Assembly: GCA_965219685.1 (NCBI GenBank)
Contig: CBDCOH010000002.1
Location: forward strand, 3,872,001 to 3,936,000
Direction: 5' to 3'
Length of the DNA: 64,000 nucleotides
DNA from: Candidatus Spongiisociaceae bacterium
GTDB taxonomy: Bacteria; Actinomycetota; Acidimicrobiia; Spongiisociales; Spongiisociaceae
In this document: in pieces, positions 25,937 to 35,687 of the stretch
How positions within the stretch are numbered: position 1 is the stretch's first letter
Layout of the letters: each line of letters starts with the position of its first letter
The notes under the pieces: model-generated
Seen by the model: the letters and a program-made list of their open reading frames with translations, nothing else
Told to the model about the DNA's origin: nothing
Database searches by the model: none
Translations under genes and position numbers: made by a program

Positions 25937-28776
25937 CCCGTCTCCCTCCCCGGCCCGGCGAGGTGATCGACCGCTCGAATCCCGTTGACTTCACGTGGAA
26001 CGGGCAGAAGGTGACGGGCTTCGAGGGCGACACCATCGCCTCCGCGCTGACGGCCGCCGGCGTCCGGGTCGTTTCCCGGTCTATGAAGTACCGCCGGCCC
26101 CGCGGTTACATGAGCAACGACTACTGGGACCCCAACGGGCTGGTGCAGGTGGGTGACGATCCGAACGTGCGCTCGGCCCACCGGTTGATCGAGCCGGGCA
26201 TGGAAGTCACGGCCCAGAACGTCTGGCCGTCGCTGAATCGCGACCTGAAGGCGGTGACGGGGCTGGCGTCGCGGTTCCTGACCGCCGGGTTCTACTACAA
26301 GACCTTCATGCGGCCGCAGTGGCTCTGGCCCACCTACGAGAAGGTGCTGGCCACGTTCTCACCCGGGGGGAGGATCGACCTCGACACTCCCCACCGGTAC
26401 CACGACAAGCGCTACGCCCATCCCGACGTGGTGGTGGCCGGCGGAGGTCCGGCCGGGATGGCGGCTGCGATCGCAGCAGCCGAGGCCGGTGCGAGGGTGC
26501 TTCTCGCCGAGCATTGCCACCGTCTGGGCGGCCACCTCCTCTGGGGCGATGACAACGACCGGGCTCTGGCCGCCGAGCTCTCCTCCGCTGTTGAGGCCGC
26601 GGGGGTCGAGGTCCTGGTCGACTCGACCGTCACCGGCCGCTACGAGGACAACTGGACCGCCATCGTCCAGCGCAACCATCCCGTCGCCGTCGAGCGCCTG
26701 ATCAAGGCCCGGGCCAAGGTCCTGATCGCCGCGCCGGGACTGATCGAGCGTCCCTACGTGTTCGACGGCAACGACAAGCCCGGTGTCATGCTCTCGGGGG
26801 CGGTGCGCCGCTTCGTGAAGATGTACGCGGTGAGGCCGGGCCGCACCGCGGTGGTGTTCACCGCCAATCCCGACGGGGATGCCGCTGCCATCGACCTGGA
26901 GCGGGCCGGTGCGAAGGTGACGGTGGTCGACGCCCGGCGGGGTGAGGGCATCGTGAGAGCCGGGGGGGGAGCGAAGGCGGTCAGGAACGTGGAACTGGCC
27001 GACGGCCGCAAGCTGGACTGCGATCTGCTGGTCACCGCGATCGGCTGGACCGCACCCACCTCCCTGCTGAACATGTCGGGCGACCGGCCTGTCTACGACG
27101 AGTCCGCGGCGCGGTTCTTCCCCTCGGTCCCGATCGGCAGTGTTCTCGCAACCGGTGGGCTCGCCGGTGACGGCAGCATGGAACAACTCATCGAGCACGC
27201 CCGCGCCACCGGTCGGCTGGCCGCCGCCCGGGCGAGGTCGGTGAACCACCGCCTGCAGGCCGCTACGACCCGGGCCCTGCCGGTGGACGGTGAGGAACCC
27301 GATTGGCCCCGGGACACCCGTCCTACCCTGCCCCGGAGTCCGCATCCCGCCCTCTACCGGTCCTCCACGCACGGTGTGGTCGACTTCTCCGAGGACGTGA
27401 GTTCTAAGGACATGGTGGGCGCGGCGGCCGAGGGATACGACTCCGTCGAACTCCTGAAGCGCTACACGACCGCCACCATGGGACCGAGCCAGGGCAAGCT
27501 GGAAACGGTCAACACGGTGGCGGTGCTGGCCGAGGCCCGGGGACAGACGATCGCCGAGGTCGGGACCACCGTTTGGCGGCCTCCCTACGCGCCGATCACC
27601 ATGGGGGCTCTCGGTGGGTGCCTGCTCGAGCCGGTGCGGGTGTCGTCGATCCATCGGTGGCACGAGGCCAACAGCGCCACGTTCATGCTGGCCGGCCAGT
27701 GGATCCGGCCCGACCACTACGGAGACCCGGCCGGCGAAGTGCTCAACACGCGCCGGAACGTCGGGATCATGGACGTGACCCCGCTCGGCAAGCTCGACCT
27801 CCGGGGACCCGACGTACCGAAGCTGCTCAGCCATCTCTACACCAACAAGTGGATGAAGCTGGCGGTCGGCTCCGTGCGGTACGGCGTCATGTGCGGCGAG
27901 GACGGCGTGATACTCGACGACGGGGTCACGGGGCGGCTCGGCGATCAGCACTACATGATGACCACCACCAGCTCCGGCGCCGCCACGGTCTGGGAGTGGG
28001 CCGAGAACTGGCTCCAGACCGAGCATCCCGACTGGCAGGTACACGTCACCCCGGTGACCTCGGGCTACACCAGCATCAACGTGGCCGGCCCGGAGTCTCG
28101 AAGGCTCATCCGTCGCGTCGTTGAGGATGTCGACCTCGACCCCGAGGCCTTCCGGTACATGCAGGTGCGCACCGCGACGGTGGCCGGCATCCGCGACTGC
28201 TTCATGTGGCGCATCGGCTTCACCGGGGAACTCTCCTTCGAACTCCACGTACCCGCCGGCCACGGTCTCCACGTATGGGAGGCCCTGCTGGAAGCCGGTC
28301 AGGATCTGGGTGTCGGCCCCTTCGGCGTGGAGTGCCAGCGCATCATGCGGCTGGAGAAGGGCCACTTCATCGTGGGCCAGGACACGGACGGGCTCACCAA
28401 GGCGCCCGCCGTGGGACTAAGCCACCTCATCAAGCTGGATAAGCACGACTTCGCCGGCAAGCCTGAGCTGTCCTGGGCCATGGAAGATCATTCGGCGCCC
28501 GTGCTGGTAGCCATCCAACCCACGCACCCCCATATCGTGCCGGACGAGGCCGCCCAGATCGTGCGTCCCGGCACCGATGAGATCATCGGCCGGATCACCT
28601 CCTCACGCATGTCCCCGTCCCTGAACCGCTCGGTCTGCCTCGGCCAGGTGCTGCCCGAGGCGTCGGCCCCCGGTTCGGAACTGACCGTGGTCATGGTCGG
28701 CGGCCGCCGCATCACCGCCCGGGTGATGGAACACCATGCTCACTTCGACCCGGATGGACTGCGGGTTCGTGGCTGA
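25933..28776 (+). CDS. soxA: Sarcosine oxidase alpha / MgdC-like subunit (2Fe-2S-like, FAD/NAD and GcvT domains)
   Basis: GDTIASAL, KYRRPRG, GFYYKTFM, GGGPAG, KRYTT.TMGPSQGK, GFTGELSFE, RLEKG. Confidence 0.9.
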   Translation: MTRLPPRPGEVIDRSNPVDFTWNGQKVTGFEGDTIASALTAAGVRVVSRSMKYRRPRGYMSNDYWDPNGLVQVGDDPNVRSAHRLIEPGMEVTAQNVWPSLNRDLKAVTGLASRFLTAGFYYKTFMRPQWLWPTYEKVLATFSPGGRIDLDTPHRYHDKRYAHPDVVVAGGGPAGMAAAIAAAEAGARVLLAEHCHRLGGHLLWGDDNDRALAAELSSAVEAAGVEVLVDSTVTGRYEDNWTAIVQRNHPVAVERLIKARAKVLIAAPGLIERPYVFDGNDKPGVMLSGAVRRFVKMYAVRPGRTAVVFTANPDGDAAAIDLERAGAKVTVVDARRGEGIVRAGGGAKAVRNVELADGRKLDCDLLVTAIGWTAPTSLLNMSGDRPVYDESAARFFPSVPIGSVLATGGLAGDGSMEQLIEHARATGRLAAARARSVNHRLQAATTRALPVDGEEPDWPRDTRPTLPRSPHPALYRSSTHGVVDFSEDVSSKDMVGAAAEGYDSVELLKRYTTATMGPSQGKLETVNTVAVLAEARGQTIAEVGTTVWRPPYAPITMGALGGCLLEPVRVSSIHRWHEANSATFMLAGQWIRPDHYGDPAGEVLNTRRNVGIMDVTPLGKLDLRGPDVPKLLSHLYTNKWMKLAVGSVRYGVMCGEDGVILDDGVTGRLGDQHYMMTTTSSGAATVWEWAENWLQTEHPDWQVHVTPVTSGYTSINVAGPESRRLIRRVVEDVDLDPEAFRYMQVRTATVAGIRDCFMWRIGFTGELSFELHVPAGHGLHVWEALLEAGQDLGVGPFGVECQRIMRLEKGHFIVGQDTDGLTKAPAVGLSHLIKLDKHDFAGKPELSWAMEDHSAPVLVAIQPTHPHIVPDEAAQIVRPGTDEIIGRITSSRMSPSLNRSVCLGQVLPEASAPGSELTVVMVGGRRITARVMEHHAHFDPDGLRVRG

Positions 28777-29368
28777 ACTCCCCACCTTCGAGAGTCCTGT
28801 CAGCAGGAGATTCGTGTCCTATGCGGGCGCATCGGTGGAGCGCCGCCAGTCGGGCGCGGCGCTAACCCTCCATGATGTCTCTGCTACCACCAAGATCATC
28901 GTAAGAGCCGGACCCGAAACCAGTGCCTCCCGCCGTTTGTCTACCCCCTTTGCCACGAGCCGGACCGAGGATGAAGTTCTCATCGTCGGCCAGCGCCCGG
29001 ACGAATGGCTCCTGCTGGGTAGCGAAGCCTCCGTAGAGACCCTGGTGGACAACTTGGACCGATCCGGCCATGTCAGCGTGATCGACGGCACCCACACCCG
29101 GGCCATGTTCCGTCTGACCGGTGCCGACGCGACCTCGGTTCTCGAGAAGCTATGCAGCATTGACTGGAATGATCACATGACCCCGGACGGCGCCGCCGTG
29201 TCGGCCTCAGTGGCGCGGGTTACCTGCGACATCGTCCGCAATGATCTAGAAGGGTCCCGCTCCTACCTGATCTCCTGCGACCGGTCGTACGGCCAGTACC
29301 TGTTCGACGCCATACTCGACGCCCGCCAGGAATTCAGCATAAGCGCCGCGATCGACCAGACCGTCTAA
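28769..29368 (+). CDS. soxG: Sarcosine oxidase gamma / MgdD-like subunit
   Basis: RPDEWLL, VLEKLCSID, DRSYGQYL; overlaps the soxA stop. Confidence 0.82.
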   Translation: MAELPTFESPVSRRFVSYAGASVERRQSGAALTLHDVSATTKIIVRAGPETSASRRLSTPFATSRTEDEVLIVGQRPDEWLLLGSEASVETLVDNLDRSGHVSVIDGTHTRAMFRLTGADATSVLEKLCSIDWNDHMTPDGAAVSASVARVTCDIVRNDLEGSRSYLISCDRSYGQYLFDAILDARQEFSISAAIDQTV

Positions 29369-29464
29369 CCCTGCGCGGTTCCCCGATTTGATGACGGTGA
29401 GCATGGAGCCACGGCCAAGCGTTCCCGAGCGATCGCGCCCACCTCACGTTTCTGACTGGTGCCG

Positions 29465-29716
29465 CTAGGAAGACGCGAAGAGATGCTCGTACTTTCGCTC
29501 GAGTCGCTGGGCATGGAACACACAGCTCCTACGCATGTCGATCAGGACAACGACGGGTATCCCTCTGGTCGTGAACCCGGCTATTGCTGCAATGCCCGCT
29601 CGCGGGAAGTCAGCCTGTCGACCTACCGGATTCGAGAGCACCCAGTAGATGTCGTCTTCGGTGAACCGCTTCAGTGCCGATTCGAGGACAGTGGGAGCCC
29701 CCGACGGTGTGGTCAA
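29465..29716 (-). CDS. Small hypothetical protein, BrnT/DUF4258-like toxin candidate
   Basis: SALKRFTEDDI...IAG...VFHAQRL pattern; overlaps the upstream ORF. Confidence 0.45.
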   Translation of the reverse strand: MTTPSGAPTVLESALKRFTEDDIYWVLSNPVGRQADFPRAGIAAIAGFTTRGIPVVVLIDMRRSCVFHAQRLERKYEHLFASS

Positions 29717-30093
29717 TTAACCCCGACGGGTAGTTGGGATCGGAGGTCGCGGGCGAGGTCACCGGGTAGACGCGAGAGGATCACGGCCTGCTGTGAGACG
29801 CTCAACTGCGAAAGGCGCCTGACGGAGACCTCTACGGGCATGTCACGTATGTCAGCAACCTGTTTCTCCAAGGGCCGACGCAAGAAAATCGAATCCGCCA
29901 ACTCGGCTAGCCATGCGTCCTCCTCGGGTGTGAACGGACGCCCGGCGTCGCTGTCGAACGACGCGTCAGGGTCCTCCGAAAGAGCGATGATGTCTCGGTA
30001 GTCGATTTCCGCCACACCTAAAAGGTAGCAGAGTGCCTCGATTAGCCGGGCGTGTGGCCAGTCGTCAACCGGCTCCCGAGGATAGTGAGGCAA
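29713..30093 (-). CDS. Hypothetical protein (126 aa)
   Basis: Natural amino-acid composition; overlaps ORFs on both sides. Confidence 0.45.
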   Translation of the reverse strand: MPHYPREPVDDWPHARLIEALCYLLGVAEIDYRDIIALSEDPDASFDSDAGRPFTPEEDAWLAELADSIFLRRPLEKQVADIRDMPVEVSVRRLSQLSVSQQAVILSRLPGDLARDLRSQLPVGVN

Positions 30094-30244
30094 GATATGC
30101 GAGGAACTCTTCGGTGGATAGGAAGATGCGAGTTCGACCAGCCGTGAAGTCGCCGGTCGGGTCGGGGTTCTTGCCCGTAGAAGTATCTATGTCTGCGAGA
30201 CTTGGTGTTTTGTGATCGGCCTCGGTCACGCTTACAAGATCCAT
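30065..30244 (-). CDS. Small hypothetical, antitoxin-like C-terminus
   Basis: ATG after GGGGAAG; DFTAGRTRIFLSTEEFLAYL resembles the acidic antitoxin tail DxxAGRxxxFxSxEEFL. Confidence 0.35.
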   Translation of the reverse strand: MDLVSVTEADHKTPSLADIDTSTGKNPDPTGDFTAGRTRIFLSTEEFLAYLASLSSGAG

Positions 30245-30321
30245 CGGCGCTTCCCCGGTCTGTCCTGTCTCCAACAATAAGCGTACTCCGGCCCGGACTC
30301 TGTTCAGGGAGCGTGAGGTGG

Positions 30322-31103
30322 CTATACGCCAGCATGCCATGCCTGGCGGGCGATGGCACCCACCTCGCGTTTCTGATTGTCGCTGATGGTGAGGGGTGTT
30401 CTACCGGCCGGGCAGAAGATGAAGAGGCAGGGGTCGCCTGCGACGTCGTACCAGCGGGAACGAACCTGGTAAGGACGTGAGCGGGGTGCGCCGCTCGCGG
30501 TCCGGTCGAAGGCGTGCAGGATTCCCCACCGACCGTGCGCGTCGAACAGGATGCTGTCCAGATGATCTTCGGCGACCGAAGCACCACGATGTGCGGCCGC
30601 AGCTGCTCGAGCAGCGCATGCCAGAGCGGGAGGCCGTACATCTTGAGCGTCTCTTGATCGGCTTGAGGGAGTTTGCTCCACCTCGGGTTGGTGGCGACGG
30701 GTGAGCAGATGTCGGTGTGAAGCACCGTCGAGGCCCAGGCCGGGTAGTAATTCGATCTGGCTCCCGTGAGCAACGGTTCGAAGTTTCTGAACCAGCTGTC
30801 GTAGGGGTCAGTACGAAAGTAGGCCGATAGCGCCCTGACGTAACGGTCCTGGTCGGTCGCCGTGACGGTAGAGGCCAGCGGGAAACGTTGGAACGGCCTG
30901 CCCGCCGGGAACTCCTCCGACGATGGGTTGAGCCCGACGGTCAGCAGGCGCGTAGGTGATGCGCAGTAGGTGTCGACGTCGCCGAAGAACAGGATGGGAA
31001 TGGCGGGGGCGACGCGGGACGGCATCCGGGCGGCGCGCTGGAAGGCACGCCATGCGTGGGTAACCGGCTCGGCGAGGTCGGGGGACGGTGCGGGCTTAGT
31101 CAC
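30322..31103 (-). pseudogene. Uracil-DNA-glycosylase-like hypothetical protein, frameshifted near 30580
   Basis: PILFFGD..LLTVGLNPS N-half; a protein-like C-half (SVAEDHLDSILF...) continues in another frame to the stop at 30322. Confidence 0.55.
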
Positions 31104-31161
31104 CTGTTCGAAAGCCAGCAGCCGATCTGAAGTTTGTCGCCGGCTCTGAGCGGGTGCGCAC

Positions 31162-32493
31162 CTACTTGCGTCTGTCTCCGGGGATCCAGTCGGTTCCGGC
31201 TACCGGGACTTGGGCCATGGCGGCTGCTTCCACGGTGAGGGCGGCCAGATCCTCCGGCTCGAGATTGGCGACGTGCGACTTGCCGCAGGCCCGGGCGAGG
31301 GTCTGGGTCTCGAGGGTAAGCACCTGTAGGTAGTTGGCCAGACGCCGGCCTCCGATCACCGGATCGAGGCGTGAGGTCAGCCGCGGATCCTGGGTGGAAA
31401 TGCCGGCCGGGTCGGTCCCGTCCTGCAGGTCGTCCCAGTAGCCGGCCGCCGAACCCAGCTCCCGGTACTCCCCGTCGTAGGCCGGGTCGTTGTCTCCTAG
31501 GGCGATCAAGGCCGCGGTGCCGATCGAGACTGCGTCAGCCCCGAGCGCCAGGGCCTTGGCCACGTCGGCGCCGGATCGGATACCCCCGGAAGCAATGAGC
31601 TTCACCGACTTGCGATGGACGTCGAGATCCTGGAGGGCCCGCGTGGCTTCCGGGATGGCGGCGATGGTGGGGATCCCCGCATGCTCGATGAACACGTCCT
31701 GGGTGGCTGCGGTGCCGCCCTGCATGCCGTCGACCACCACCGCGTCGGCGCCTGCCTTGACCGCCAGGGCCGTGTCGTAGAAGGGCCGGGCGGCGCCGAT
31801 CTTGACGAAGATCGGGACCTGCCAGTCGACGATCTCGCGTAGCTCGTGGATCTTGATCTGGAGGTCGTCGGGTCCGGTCCAGTCAGGATGGCGGCAGGCC
31901 GATCGCTGGTCGATGCCGGTGGGCAGCGTGCGCATCCCGGCCACCCGCTCGCTGACCTTCTGGCCGAGCAGCATGCCGCCGCCACCGGGCTTGGCGCCCT
32001 GGCCGACCACGACCTCGATGGCGTCGCCCCGGCGCAGGTCGTCGGGGTTCTGCCCGTACCGGGACGGGAGGTACTGGTACACCAGCTTCGAGGAGTGCTC
32101 CCTCTCCTCCGGGAGCATTCCCCCGTCCCCGCTGGTGGTCGAGGTTCCCATCGCGCTGGCGCCCCGGCCCAGTGCCTCCTTGGCATTGGCGGACAGCGAG
32201 CCGAAGCTCATGCCGGCGATGGTGATGGGGATGGCGATCTCGAGGGGCCGGGTCGCCCGCTCCTCCCCGATGACGAGATCCGTGTCGCACGACTCGCGGT
32301 ACCCCTCGAGGGGGTAGCGAGACATGGACGCCCCCAGGAAGACCAGGTCGTCGAGGGTCGGCATCTTGCGCTTGGCGCCCCAGCCCCGGATCCGGTAGAC
32401 GCCGGTGTTTGCCGCCCGCTGGATCTCCGCGATCACATGGCGGTCGAACGTGTACGACTCCCGCAGGTGCCAGTTGTCACCGGTCGGGCTCAT
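31162..32493 (-). CDS. mgsC: FMN-binding glutamate synthase family protein (N-methylglutamate synthase subunit C, MgsC/GlxD-like)
   Basis: SRYPLEGYRE, AGMSFGSLS, GQGAKPGGGGMLLG, RSACRHPDWTGPDDL, DGMQGGT. Confidence 0.9.
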   Translation of the reverse strand: MSPTGDNWHLRESYTFDRHVIAEIQRAANTGVYRIRGWGAKRKMPTLDDLVFLGASMSRYPLEGYRESCDTDLVIGEERATRPLEIAIPITIAGMSFGSLSANAKEALGRGASAMGTSTTSGDGGMLPEEREHSSKLVYQYLPSRYGQNPDDLRRGDAIEVVVGQGAKPGGGGMLLGQKVSERVAGMRTLPTGIDQRSACRHPDWTGPDDLQIKIHELREIVDWQVPIFVKIGAARPFYDTALAVKAGADAVVVDGMQGGTAATQDVFIEHAGIPTIAAIPEATRALQDLDVHRKSVKLIASGGIRSGADVAKALALGADAVSIGTAALIALGDNDPAYDGEYRELGSAAGYWDDLQDGTDPAGISTQDPRLTSRLDPVIGGRRLANYLQVLTLETQTLARACGKSHVANLEPEDLAALTVEAAAMAQVPVAGTDWIPGDRRK

Positions 32494-33197
32494 CCGGCTC
32501 TCCGGGCCAATTCGGCGTCGACGTCGTCGATGTGGAAGTTGTAGAGGTTCCGGGCCGATCCGTAGCGCCTGAAATCGTCCGGGTCGGCTTCCATCCCCGC
32601 CGCTTCGAGCAGCCCCGCAAGGGTGCGGAGATGCTCGGGCCGCACCTCCTTGCGGATGGCGTCGGCTCCGAGGCTCGCCACCTCTCCCCGCACGTAGATG
32701 TCGGCTTCGTACACGGAGTCACCGAGGTCGGCCCCGGCGTCGCCCAGCACCACCAGGTTCCCGGCCTGGGCCATGAAGGCGCTCATGTGGCCCACGTTGC
32801 CTCCCACCACGATATCGACGCCCTTCATCGATATGCCGCACCGGGCGCCGGCGTTCCCCTCGATGACGACCAGGCCGCCGTGGCCGGTGGCGCCCGCCGA
32901 CATGGTGGCGCTGCCGGTGATGCGCACGGTCCCCGACATGATGTTCTCGGCCAGCCCAGTGCTGGCGTTGCCGTCCACGTACACCGATCCCTCCTGGTGC
33001 ATTCCGGCGCAGTAGTAGCCGACCGAACCGTGGATCTCTACGGCTATTTCGGCGTCGATCCCGCACGCGACCGCATGGGCGCCGAGCGGGTTCAGAACCC
33101 GGAAGGAGCCCTCCCGCGCAAGGTGGAGCATCTGGTTGAGGTCGCGCAGCGATGTCGCCGCCAGGTCGATGGTGGTGACCGGATGCGGTGCGCTCAC
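32490..33197 (-). CDS. mgsB: GltB/FwdC GXGXG domain protein (N-methylglutamate synthase subunit B, MgsB/GlxC-like)
   Basis: GSVGYYCAGM, ARCGISMKG, GHMSAFMAQAG, YGSARNLYNF; GTGA overlap with mgsA. Confidence 0.88.
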   Translation of the reverse strand: MSAPHPVTTIDLAATSLRDLNQMLHLAREGSFRVLNPLGAHAVACGIDAEIAVEIHGSVGYYCAGMHQEGSVYVDGNASTGLAENIMSGTVRITGSATMSAGATGHGGLVVIEGNAGARCGISMKGVDIVVGGNVGHMSAFMAQAGNLVVLGDAGADLGDSVYEADIYVRGEVASLGADAIRKEVRPEHLRTLAGLLEAAGMEADPDDFRRYGSARNLYNFHIDDVDAELARRAG

Positions 33198-34093
33198 GCA
33201 GCCCGGGTCCACGTGTAGATTACGCCGGGTTGCGGTTCCCAGATCGTGGCCTGGCCGGAATCGGGGAGGTGGGTGATGGCCCGGTACTCCGAGGACATGG
33301 CCACCCAGTCGTCGGTCTCGGCGACTATCGCCGGCTTGCAGGCGATGGGGTCCCGAAGTATGGCGAAGCCGTCCTCGATCCCGATGGCGAAGGTGAAGAA
33401 CCCGTCGAGCGCCGCCAGGGCGCGCTCGAGCGCCTCCTTGATGCTGTCCCCTTCCCGGAGACGCCAAGCCAGGTAGCCGGCGGCGACCTCCGAGTCGTTC
33501 TCGGTCTGGAATACCTCGCCCTGCCGCTCGAGCCGGGCGCGGAGCCAGTTGTAGTTCGACAGTGAACCGTTGTGGACGAGGCAGGTGTCGGCGCCCGTGG
33601 CGAAGGGGTGGGATCCGTTGGTCGTGACCGCCGACTCGGTCGCCATCCGCGTGTGGGCGAGAGCATGGGTTCCGGTCCTGGAGCGCAGGTCGTAGTTGAT
33701 GGCCACCAGGTCGGGGTCTCCTACCGCCTTGAATATCTCCATCTGGGACCCGTAACTGAGAACATCCACGTCGGGGACGTTGTCGATCAACCATTGGCGG
33801 GCCCGGCTCCCGTCGCCGGCGGTCTCCAGCACTGCGTGATCCCGGACCGGCCGGACCGACACCCCGGCCTCCAGCATGGCTTCGAGGTCCGCGGCAGTCC
33901 GGCCCCAGTCGGGTCGGCGTCCCTCCGCCAGCACCGTGATGCGGGTCATGCCGGATCGGCCCTCGTCGTAGATCGCGAAACCTGCGCTGTCCGGGCCGCG
34001 GTCCCGCATGTCGTGCAGCATGTCGGCGGTGAGTTCTCCCAGCCGCGACTGGAACCGCTCGGTCTTCAGGAAGAGGCCGACGATGCCGCACAT
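33194..34093 (-). CDS. mgsA: Class II glutamine amidotransferase (N-methylglutamate synthase subunit A, MgsA/GlxB-like)
   Basis: MCGIVG, RGPDSAG, HTRMATES, HNGSLSN, ENDSEVAA, RDPIACKP. Confidence 0.9.
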   Translation of the reverse strand: MCGIVGLFLKTERFQSRLGELTADMLHDMRDRGPDSAGFAIYDEGRSGMTRITVLAEGRRPDWGRTAADLEAMLEAGVSVRPVRDHAVLETAGDGSRARQWLIDNVPDVDVLSYGSQMEIFKAVGDPDLVAINYDLRSRTGTHALAHTRMATESAVTTNGSHPFATGADTCLVHNGSLSNYNWLRARLERQGEVFQTENDSEVAAGYLAWRLREGDSIKEALERALAALDGFFTFAIGIEDGFAILRDPIACKPAIVAETDDWVAMSSEYRAITHLPDSGQATIWEPQPGVIYTWTRAA

Positions 34094-34238
34094 GCTGCCC
34101 TCCGATCAGGTTGCCCCCGGGCTCCGGGGCTAATGTAGCCCCGAACACTACTAGTGATGACCCGATTCTCAGCGGTCGTCGCCGGGGATCCAAAGCCGCG
34201 GTGCTCGAATGCCGGGAAGCTGCGCGAGGAGGTTATAA

Positions 34239-35597
34239 GTGGGCTCTGTAGAGGAAATCCGGTCCAGGGTCGAAGCGGACGGCGTCGAGTTCATATACGC
34301 CATGTTCGTCGAGATGCACGGCAAGCCGTGCGCCAAGCTGGTGCCCGTCCAGGCGCTCGACGGTCTTATGGCGGACGGCGCCGGGTTCGCCGGTTTCGCA
34401 GCCGGGCCCATGGGCCAGGACCCGTCCAGCCCGGACATCCTGGCGATACCGGATCCCGCCTCCTACACCCAGTTGCCCTGGCAACCGAACGTCGCGGTCA
34501 TGCAGTGCGACCCCACCGTGGAAGGCGAGTTGTGGCCCTACGCCCCCCGGGTCATCCTCCGGACCGCTCTGGAGTCCCTGGCGGAACGTAACCTGGTCCT
34601 GAAGTCCGGCTTCGAGGCCGAGTACTCGTTGGTGGCTCGTGGCGACGACGGCACGATCCGGGTTGCCGACCCGCTCGACACCGATCCGCGACCTTGCTAC
34701 GACGCCCGCCTGCTCACCCGGATGCTGCCCCACCTGACCGAGGTGTCGAAGCACATGAACGCGATGGGTTGGGAGAACTACGCCAACGACCACGAGGACG
34801 CCAACGGCCAGTTCGAGCAGAACTGGAAGTACTCGGACGCCATGACCACCGCCGACCGGCTCATCCTGTTCCGCTTCATGGTCCATACCCTGGCCCAGCG
34901 GGATGGGCGGTTCGCCACGTTCATGCCCAAGCCGTTCGCCGACCGGACCGGGAACGGGCTCCACGCCCACATGAGCCTGTGGACCAAGGACACCGACGAG
35001 CCCCTCTTCCCGGGAGGCGATACCGACAGCAAGGGTCTCGGGCTCAGCGAACTCGCCTACCAGTTCACCGCCGGTCTCCTGGCCCACGCCGAGTCGCTGG
35101 TGGCGGTGGCGTGCCCGATCGTCAACTCGTACAAGCGGATGGGGGTCGGGGCGCCCACCTCCGGCGCCACCTGGGCGCCCGCCTACGCGGCCTACGGGGG
35201 CAACAACCGCACCCACATGATCCGGGTGCCCGAGCCGGACCGCATCGAGATCCGGCTGCCCGACGGCGCCGCCAACCCCTACCTGCTGTTCGCCGCCATC
35301 CTGGCCTGCGGGCTCGACGGCATCGACAACGGGATGGACCCGGGCGATCCGAACACCGACAACCTGTTCACCCTCTCCAGCGACGAGGTAGCCGCCCGCG
35401 GGATCGCGACCCTGCCCCCCACCCTGCTGCATGCGGCCGACAACCTGGCCGACAGCGAGGTGCTGCGCGCCGGGCTGGGGATGACGCCCGACGGCCCCTA
35501 CAGCGACTATTTCGCGGAGGTCAAGCGGCAGGAGTTCCTAGCCCACCATCACCAGGTGACCCGCTCCGAGGTGGACCAGTACCTCACGCTCTTCTGA
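34239..35597 (+). CDS. glnT: Type III glutamate-ammonia ligase / gamma-glutamylmethylamide synthetase (GmaS)
   Basis: AKLVP, GAGFAGFA, NDHEDANGQFE, ATFMPKPF, SGATWAP, YGGNNRTH, DGAANPYL; GAGGAGG SD; divergent from mgsABC. Confidence 0.92.
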   Translation: MGSVEEIRSRVEADGVEFIYAMFVEMHGKPCAKLVPVQALDGLMADGAGFAGFAAGPMGQDPSSPDILAIPDPASYTQLPWQPNVAVMQCDPTVEGELWPYAPRVILRTALESLAERNLVLKSGFEAEYSLVARGDDGTIRVADPLDTDPRPCYDARLLTRMLPHLTEVSKHMNAMGWENYANDHEDANGQFEQNWKYSDAMTTADRLILFRFMVHTLAQRDGRFATFMPKPFADRTGNGLHAHMSLWTKDTDEPLFPGGDTDSKGLGLSELAYQFTAGLLAHAESLVAVACPIVNSYKRMGVGAPTSGATWAPAYAAYGGNNRTHMIRVPEPDRIEIRLPDGAANPYLLFAAILACGLDGIDNGMDPGDPNTDNLFTLSSDEVAARGIATLPPTLLHAADNLADSEVLRAGLGMTPDGPYSDYFAEVKRQEFLAHHHQVTRSEVDQYLTLF

Positions 35598-35687
35598 GAG
35601 GCTCGGTGCCACCGCCCCCAGGCGTGCCGTCACCCGGGTTCCAACGCATCCGGACACTGCGGTTCCGGGGCGAGGGCTGAGATCCGG

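Noticed and set aside
26359-28365. Long antisense ORFs (e.g. 26359-28365, 41028-42620, 42307-43956, 57090-58469)
   Set aside because: Shadow frames of well-supported genes in high-GC DNA; no recognisable motifs
32490-34193. Extended ORF-track starts (32490-34193, 42475-45126, 46178-48070, 47206-49035, 53268-54626, 23773-25320)
   Set aside because: The N-terminal extensions overlap genuine upstream genes; starts were reassigned to coupled ATG/GTG codons
34239-35597. Housekeeping glutamine synthetase glnA
   Set aside because: GAGFAGFA, DHEDANGQFE and SGATWAP motifs plus mgsABC adjacency indicate the GlnT/GmaS type
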